From an uncultured Desulfatitalea sp. (GTDB lineage Bacteria > Desulfobacterota > Desulfobacteria > Desulfobacterales > Desulfosarcinaceae): a stretch of DNA of 64,000 nucleotides. The stretch is taken from positions 1,344,001 through 1,408,000 of the forward strand of contig CAXXMB010000002.1 in assembly GCA_963668675.2 (NCBI GenBank). The letters run 5' to 3'. The notes below the pieces were generated by a model. It was not told the origin of the DNA, ran no database searches, and was given only the letters and a program-made list of their open reading frames with translations. Below, one piece after another: positions 58,097 to 64,000 of the stretch (positions within the stretch are counted from its first letter, which is position 1; each line of letters starts with the position of its first letter). A program made the position numbers and the translations under genes.

Positions 58097-61000
58097 GAAC
58101 GTTCCTTTTTTTCAGGTTGCATCGGCGCAATCAGGGTCATGCGGGTACCTTCGCCCGGATGGCTAGCAATCTCCAAACTTCCCCCAATATGCTTAAACCG
58201 CTCCTGAATGGAGAAGAGGCCGAACCCGCCATCTTTTCGCATTGCTGTTCGCCCCTGGGCCGACGATGGCATGCCGATGCCGTCGTCGGAGATCTCGATA
58301 TGAATGGCATCGGACACCCGCTTCAGTGCCACCCAGGCATGGTGGGCATGGGCATGCTTCACAATATTGAACAATAGCTCACGTGTGGCCTGAAAAGCAA
58401 GCACCCGGGCGCTTTCGTCCAAAGGCTTGGGTTTGAGGTCGTCCAGGAAAGAGATTGAGATGCGGTACTGCTCCTGCATCTGATCGACCAGCCACTCGAC
58501 GGCTGCCTCCAGCCCCAGATCATACAGCACTGGTGGACTGAGCTCGAAGGTCAGCGACTGGGTGTCTTCGATCGACTGGTCGATGAATTGGGAGATGCGC
58601 TGCATCCGCTCGACGCCCGCACCCGCCTCCAACTCCTCATTGAGCGCCCCCAGCTCCATCTTCACGTTGGCCAGGGCATGCCCGATGCGGTCATGCAACT
58701 CGATGGCGATTCTCCGTCGCTCGCGCTCCTCGGTGAGCAGTAGCTCCGACGAAAGCGTGCGCAGCTTTTCGGACAGATCGATCAGGTCACGCTCTTTCTG
58801 GGTGACGTTTTGATAAAGTCTTGCATTCTCAATGGAGATGGCCGCCTGGGATGCGATCAAGCGCAAAATCTCGATGCGGTCCGGTGTGAAGGCGCCGGTC
58901 ACGATATTGTTCTCCAGGTATAGCATCGCCACCAGTTCTGACTGCCGCAGCACCGGCAGACAAAAAATCGACTTGGGCCGATATCTCATCACGTAAGGAT
59001 CGGTGCGATAATCGTTGTGGGTCTGGGCGTTGTCCACCACGACCGACTCCAGCGTGTGCTGGACGAAATGGATTCCCGACAGCAGCAGATCCTCCCGGTT
59101 CTGAACCGGCAAGGCCTGGTTGGTAATGCGTATCGGCCCTCCAACGCTGCTGCTGGCCTTCACCACCAGGCCATTCTCCTGTTTAAGAATAAACAGGACC
59201 CGTTGCGCCCCGGCATTTTCAACGACGATTCGCATCAATTTCTTCAGCAGCCGATCGAGGACAATTTCAGTGGAGATGGCCTGCAGTGCGCTGACCACAG
59301 TGGCGAAATCAAGCTGCCGCAATGCCGGCAGCCCGGGGGACTGCGCCATGCCCGACTGAAATTGGGGGTATTTGCGCCGCAGCATTTTGCTCTTGGCCAA
59401 CGCTCCCCATTTGAGATAGGCCGCATTGGCCTCCTGCAGAAAAACCTCGGCCAATGGCTGATATCCCTGCTTGAGGGCCACTTTGGCCGCCAGCTCGTAG
59501 GCCAACGCCGTCATTTGGGTAAACCCATTCTCCTGTGCCGAGGCAATGGCGTCCCGGAAAATTCCGAGAGCTCTGTCAAAGCGGCCGTCCACCTTGGCTT
59601 TTTCACCCCGCAGGATAAGCTGTTTGTGCTTGAAATTGGACGGATTCTCTGAAGCGAGAAGATCAAATCGTTTTTGAAAACGGCGAATTCTCCTCCGATA
59701 GCGCCGTCGCTGCTGCAGGGGCACCTGATCATACAGGGCAAGCAGTGTCATGCAACGGTAGAACCAATACTCTGAAATAACGATGGAGCCGGCATGAAAG
59801 CGAATCAGCTTTGAGGCGTGTATGGCCATTTTCAAGGCTTCGTCATACTCTCCCATGATGTAGAAAAGCTCCAGGCGAAGCAGGTAGTGCCTCAGAATGA
59901 TCATTTTGGTATTGTCCTGAAGCATATTCTGCAGGTGGAGCTGCTCCGAAAAGTCGCCATCATCCAAACTGGTCTGGTGCCTGGTCTCGCCCCTCAGGCA
60001 CTTGATCGTCTGACGCAAGGAGCGAAGATAGTTCATGCCGCCGCGATCCATGGACTGGGTAATGAAATCAGTATGGCGGTCACATGTTTTATCTACTTCT
60101 TCCAGAGGGGCACCACACGCGAAAGCATAGATAACAAGAGACTGAATGTGGTAAACGGCAAAATTGAGATCGCCAATCTCCATGGCACGCACCAGCCCGT
60201 TGCGATGTTGCATCATGCCCGACCGCAGCGGATGACGGTAGTAGCAGATCGCTGAACTGTAGTAGAAACTGATCTTTGCGCTGGACTCCATATGGCCGAG
60301 CTTCTCATTGGCATCAAGGGCCAGCCCTCCCAGATAACAGCCCAGCTCGATATCTTCAAATCGGGAGCAGAGGTAGGCACCGAATATGGCATAGCCGATG
60401 GAGGCGGCGGGAGAGTTGCCGTACTTCAGCGTCAAATCGAATATCTGAACCGCCAATGCCACGATCCAAGAGGGATTGAGGACATAAACGGAGAAAGAGA
60501 TATCCAGCAAAAACTTCATCACCAACCGCTCTTTGGTGTTGACGATCTCCGGAAGCGTTGCCAGGGAGATCATCTTGCGGCGCGAAAGCCGCCTTTTGAG
60601 TTTGACGATGCGGGCCTTTTGCGCATATCGGTTGCCGTGGATCGAAAAGGGGTGATCCAACAATGCCAGCCCTTCGAGTCCGACGGCGACAGCCTCCTTG
60701 TGGCGCCCCGAACTGGCAAGCATGATCATCTTGAAATTCATCAAGGCCGCCTTATCCAACGCAGAGTCAAGGCGCTCGGATAGAAAGTCGAAAAGGCGCT
60801 CGGCCTCATCGTAGCTGCCGTTGAGAAAGGCACACTCCATCTTTCCCCGGTGCAACCCCAACGCGAGCTCGTAATCATCCTCCCAAGGCCGGTCCGACAA
60901 AAGAGCGATGCCGGTGTTGAAGTAATTGACAGCCAGCTGGTATGCGGCCCCCTCCTTGGCCTTGCGGCCGGCGGCCAGGTAGAGCCAGGAGAATTCAGCC

Positions 61001-63297
61001 CGCTTGTCCTGATCGATATCGCTATTGACGGCATGGTTGAGCTGGTTCACTATATTAAAGATGTGATCCTGCAGTTTGCTTCGATCCACACGGTTCAAAA
61101 GCGCTTGGCCCGCCTTGAGATGCATCTCCCTGCGGGCTTTTAGCGGCAACAGGGAGTAGACGGCCTGGTGGACCCGATCATGAAGAAATTCGAACGAGTC
61201 TTCTTCATCGAACCCCATTTTTCCAAACGCTTCTTCCTTTTTCTCGTTCGGTGTGTCGGACAACAATCGATTCAACAGGCTGTAACTGTCCCCCTTGGCT
61301 CGGATATAGCCGGCGTCAATGGCCTTGAGCAATCCCGCCGCGACCTCCCTTATAGTATCATCACTGACGGCCGTCAGTACTGGAAATTCGAAGCGATTGC
61401 CGATGCACGCTGCGGTTTTGAGAATATCCTGGGCGTCTGGAGGCAGCTTTTTCAATTCGCTGCTCATCAGTTCAATCACATTGTCCGTAAACGCCTGGGC
61501 CGCAATTCCCTGCTCATCCCAGCGCCACACCCCCGACTGGAAATCGAAGTAGAGCAGGTTGCGCATGTAGAGCGATTGGATAAATTGGCCGACAAAGAAT
61601 GGATTCCCATGGGTCTTGATGTGGACCAACTCTGCCAGTTGTTGTATGTCCGCGATGTTCTTGGAGAGGGAGGCGATGATGGTCTGGCGCACATGCTCAA
61701 CCCCGATGGGTCCCAGCACGATACCGCCCATGGTCATCCCCGCCGCTTTGATGTTCTCCAGCATAAAGGCGAGCGGGTGGGTGTCACCGACCTCATTGTC
61801 TCGATAGGCGCCAATAAAGAGAGCATAGTTAATGGTCGGCCCCCTGAGGACATGCTCGATCAAAGCAATGCTGGCTGAGTCGATCCATTGGAGGTCATCC
61901 AGGAAGATGATGACCGGATTGCCTCTCTGTGCCAAGACCTGCATGAAATCCTGGCAGGTTCTGAAGAAACGCTTCTCCGCCTTATCCGGAGGCATCTCCG
62001 GCAGAGGCGCCTGCACGCCGACGATGCACTCCAACTCCGGTATGAAATCCATGATCGTCTGGATATGACGCCCCAGTCTTGAAAGCAGTTGGTCCTTCCA
62101 ATAAGCCAACGCTTCAGGGCTCTCCCCCAGGATCTTGTTGATGATACCGCGATACGCTTCGATGATGGCGATATAGGGTGTGTTCCGGTGAAAGGGGTCG
62201 TACTTCCCCTCTCCGAAAAAAATGCCGGCTTCGCTCACAGCGACCTTGAGCTCTTCAACCAGGCGGGTCTTGCCAATCCCCGGTGGGCCGCTGATCGTCA
62301 CAATTTCGGCAGATCCGGATCGAACCTCCCCGAATATCGACAAGAGCCGCTCTATCGACTCCTCACGGCCGAACAGCTTCCCGGAAACCTGAAGTTTCTC
62401 GGGAGCGTCCCTGTTGCCCAGGGCAAACAGAGAAATAGAAGAGTGCTGTACATACTCCTGATGACAGCGCCTCAAGTCCGAAATCAGTCCAAACGCACTT
62501 TGGTATCTCTCCTCCGGAATCTTGGAGAGCAGCTTGATGGTCACTCGCGACAACATTTCAGGGATATCGATCCTGATCTTTGATGGCGGCAGCGGTTGCC
62601 GTGCGATGTGAGAGTGAATCAGCTCGAGCGGATCTTCCGAATCGAACGGCGTTCGACCGGTAAGCCATTCGTAAAACAGGATGCCGAAAGCATAAAAATC
62701 GGATCGGTAATCCACCTGGCGATTCACGCGACCGGTCTGCTCGGGCGACACATATGGCAGTACATTTTTTATAAATTCGAAATCATAGAGGCTCTTGCCG
62801 GTCCTCCGACTGATGGGCATACTGCTGGCAAGCAGGATCAAGGGCATGTTCAACAGCACGCTTTCAGTGCCCTTATGGACGAGCACGGTCGTGGGATTGA
62901 CCTCCTTTAACAAGACCCCTCTTTGGTGCAGCAGATTGGCCGTCTCCGCCAATGCGATGGCAAAATCGAAGAAAAGAAGAAGGTCGGCGGACATCTTTTT
63001 CTCATAGGTACGAAACGATGCAACGTTGCGGTTTTCGCATACCAGAACAATATCTTCACGATTGGCGACCGGAATTTTAAGACAGTGGTAGATGCGAACC
63101 AGGTTCTCCGACCTTACCTTTTCTATTTTCATATAATCCTGAAGAATATCCACCAGAACGCTTGATGTGAGCCCCTCGGTGGATTGATGGACCAGAAGAA
63201 CCGTCCGGGATGTGGCCTCATCGACCGCCTCATACCAGGTGACCTGTCTCTCCTGCTTTAACCTTTTTAGATTTTGGTATCCATCGACGACGATCAT
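58093..63297 (-). CDS. Giant Ser/Thr-kinase-like / AAA ATPase / GAF / HisKA_3 sensor kinase
   Basis: YVSPEQTGRVNR, SGPPGIGKT, FLDDLQWID, GNPFF, FLHDRV, LYLENN, ERRRIAIELHDRIGH, GFGLFSIQER; ATG 63297 preferred; overlaps the regulator start. Confidence 0.92.
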   Translation of the reverse strand: MIVVDGYQNLKRLKQERQVTWYEAVDEATSRTVLLVHQSTEGLTSSVLVDILQDYMKIEKVRSENLVRIYHCLKIPVANREDIVLVCENRNVASFRTYEKKMSADLLLFFDFAIALAETANLLHQRGVLLKEVNPTTVLVHKGTESVLLNMPLILLASSMPISRRTGKSLYDFEFIKNVLPYVSPEQTGRVNRQVDYRSDFYAFGILFYEWLTGRTPFDSEDPLELIHSHIARQPLPPSKIRIDIPEMLSRVTIKLLSKIPEERYQSAFGLISDLRRCHQEYVQHSSISLFALGNRDAPEKLQVSGKLFGREESIERLLSIFGEVRSGSAEIVTISGPPGIGKTRLVEELKVAVSEAGIFFGEGKYDPFHRNTPYIAIIEAYRGIINKILGESPEALAYWKDQLLSRLGRHIQTIMDFIPELECIVGVQAPLPEMPPDKAEKRFFRTCQDFMQVLAQRGNPVIIFLDDLQWIDSASIALIEHVLRGPTINYALFIGAYRDNEVGDTHPLAFMLENIKAAGMTMGGIVLGPIGVEHVRQTIIASLSKNIADIQQLAELVHIKTHGNPFFVGQFIQSLYMRNLLYFDFQSGVWRWDEQGIAAQAFTDNVIELMSSELKKLPPDAQDILKTAACIGNRFEFPVLTAVSDDTIREVAAGLLKAIDAGYIRAKGDSYSLLNRLLSDTPNEKKEEAFGKMGFDEEDSFEFLHDRVHQAVYSLLPLKARREMHLKAGQALLNRVDRSKLQDHIFNIVNQLNHAVNSDIDQDKRAEFSWLYLAAGRKAKEGAAYQLAVNYFNTGIALLSDRPWEDDYELALGLHRGKMECAFLNGSYDEAERLFDFLSERLDSALDKAALMNFKMIMLASSGRHKEAVAVGLEGLALLDHPFSIHGNRYAQKARIVKLKRRLSRRKMISLATLPEIVNTKERLVMKFLLDISFSVYVLNPSWIVALAVQIFDLTLKYGNSPAASIGYAIFGAYLCSRFEDIELGCYLGGLALDANEKLGHMESSAKISFYYSSAICYYRHPLRSGMMQHRNGLVRAMEIGDLNFAVYHIQSLVIYAFACGAPLEEVDKTCDRHTDFITQSMDRGGMNYLRSLRQTIKCLRGETRHQTSLDDGDFSEQLHLQNMLQDNTKMIILRHYLLRLELFYIMGEYDEALKMAIHASKLIRFHAGSIVISEYWFYRCMTLLALYDQVPLQQRRRYRRRIRRFQKRFDLLASENPSNFKHKQLILRGEKAKVDGRFDRALGIFRDAIASAQENGFTQMTALAYELAAKVALKQGYQPLAEVFLQEANAAYLKWGALAKSKMLRRKYPQFQSGMAQSPGLPALRQLDFATVVSALQAISTEIVLDRLLKKLMRIVVENAGAQRVLFILKQENGLVVKASSSVGGPIRITNQALPVQNREDLLLSGIHFVQHTLESVVVDNAQTHNDYRTDPYVMRYRPKSIFCLPVLRQSELVAMLYLENNIVTGAFTPDRIEILRLIASQAAISIENARLYQNVTQKERDLIDLSEKLRTLSSELLLTEERERRRIAIELHDRIGHALANVKMELGALNEELEAGAGVERMQRISQFIDQSIEDTQSLTFELSPPVLYDLGLEAAVEWLVDQMQEQYRISISFLDDLKPKPLDESARVLAFQATRELLFNIVKHAHAHHAWVALKRVSDAIHIEISDDGIGMPSSAQGRTAMRKDGGFGLFSIQERFKHIGGSLEIASHPGEGTRMTLIAPMQPEKKERS

Positions 63298-63501
63298 GAT
63301 TGCTGTCCAATAGCAATAATAGAATTCACTGCTTTTTATAGGGGCTAAACGGATCAATATCAAGCCAATATCGGTTTGACACGGCACACAGGGTGGGATA
63401 AGTTACTCTTTATAGGGGGGGGGGCTCAATTGCGAGAGACTAACGTGAAAACAGACTGCCAGAATGGAAAGACCCGCGGAACGATACCATAATACTTTAA
63501 G

Positions 63502-63702
63502 ATGGCCAGCAAAGAGCTTTTAAACTTGAGATTCACCGACCCCTTGACCAAAGTCTACAAGCGACGCTACTTCGACCAGATTCTTGAAGAGGCTGCTGCG
63601 GATCGCGCCAGAAAAGCCGTCGAAAGCATTGATTTTATCCATCGCAGCAATCAAATTCATCTCCACTTGAACGGCTGCAACAGAGTCGTCACCGCCATAT
63701 GA
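63502..63702 (+). pseudogene. Possible internally deleted GGDEF-domain remnant
   Basis: TDPLTKVYKRRYFDQIL resembles a GGDEF N-terminus, joined to ADRARKAVE; no GGDEF motif present. Confidence 0.45.
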
Positions 63703-63776
63703 AAAGAATAATCTGGATACATCAAAACAGCAACTGAGCGATCTTAATGCACAAACCCCTTACCCATAGGATCTGA

Positions 63777-64000
63777 ATGATAATAGTCGGCAACGCTCTC
63801 GGAATCAGCTTGACCCGAGCCGCCGTGGTATCGATCGCTGCTCTTCTCCTCATCTCGTGCAGCAACAGCGAGCCGACCGATCGGACATCCGGCGCTGCAG
63901 TGGAACGAATCTCTGAACCATGGAAAGGCGACTTAGATCAGGCCATCTGCAGCGGACGCTTTTTAAGAGTGCTGGTCACCTACAACCAGACCAATTTCTT
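63777..64000 (+). CDS. N-terminus of an MltF-like substrate-binding/lytic transglycosylase lipoprotein (partial)
   Basis: Manual translation: ...AALLLISCSNSE...EPWKGDLDQAICSGRFLRVLVTYNQTNF, open to window end. Confidence 0.6.
   Translation, partial: MIIVGNALGISLTRAAVVSIAALLLISCSNSEPTDRTSGAAVERISEPWKGDLDQAICSGRFLRVLVTYNQTNF

Overview
GC-rich bacterial chromosome segment; gene content suggests an anaerobic Desulfobacterota-type deltaproteobacterium (inference). It carries a pilMNOPQ type IV pilus operon, several two-component systems, DNA-repair genes (recN, a tandem double UvrA, an exonuclease-like/GIY-YIG fusion), tRNA-Trp(CCA), a divergent nrdJ / nrdDG ribonucleotide reductase pair with NrdR boxes, and prpE. 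The strongest signals are missed or split by the ORF track. (1) A 75-aa RiPP precursor (56676-56903, minus) has three in-frame UGA codons in repeated K-S-[AG]-U-S motifs, each followed by its own SECIS-like hairpin, and lies directly upstream of an SbtM-like radical SAM/SPASM maturase. (2) A 238-aa MerB-like lyase (41968-42684) has UGA at both catalytic Cys positions, each with a downstream hairpin. (3) Two 192-bp intergenic hairpin elements share a near-identical core but have divergent, perfectly self-complementary 34-bp arms. Family assignments are from motif recognition by eye; no database searches were run.
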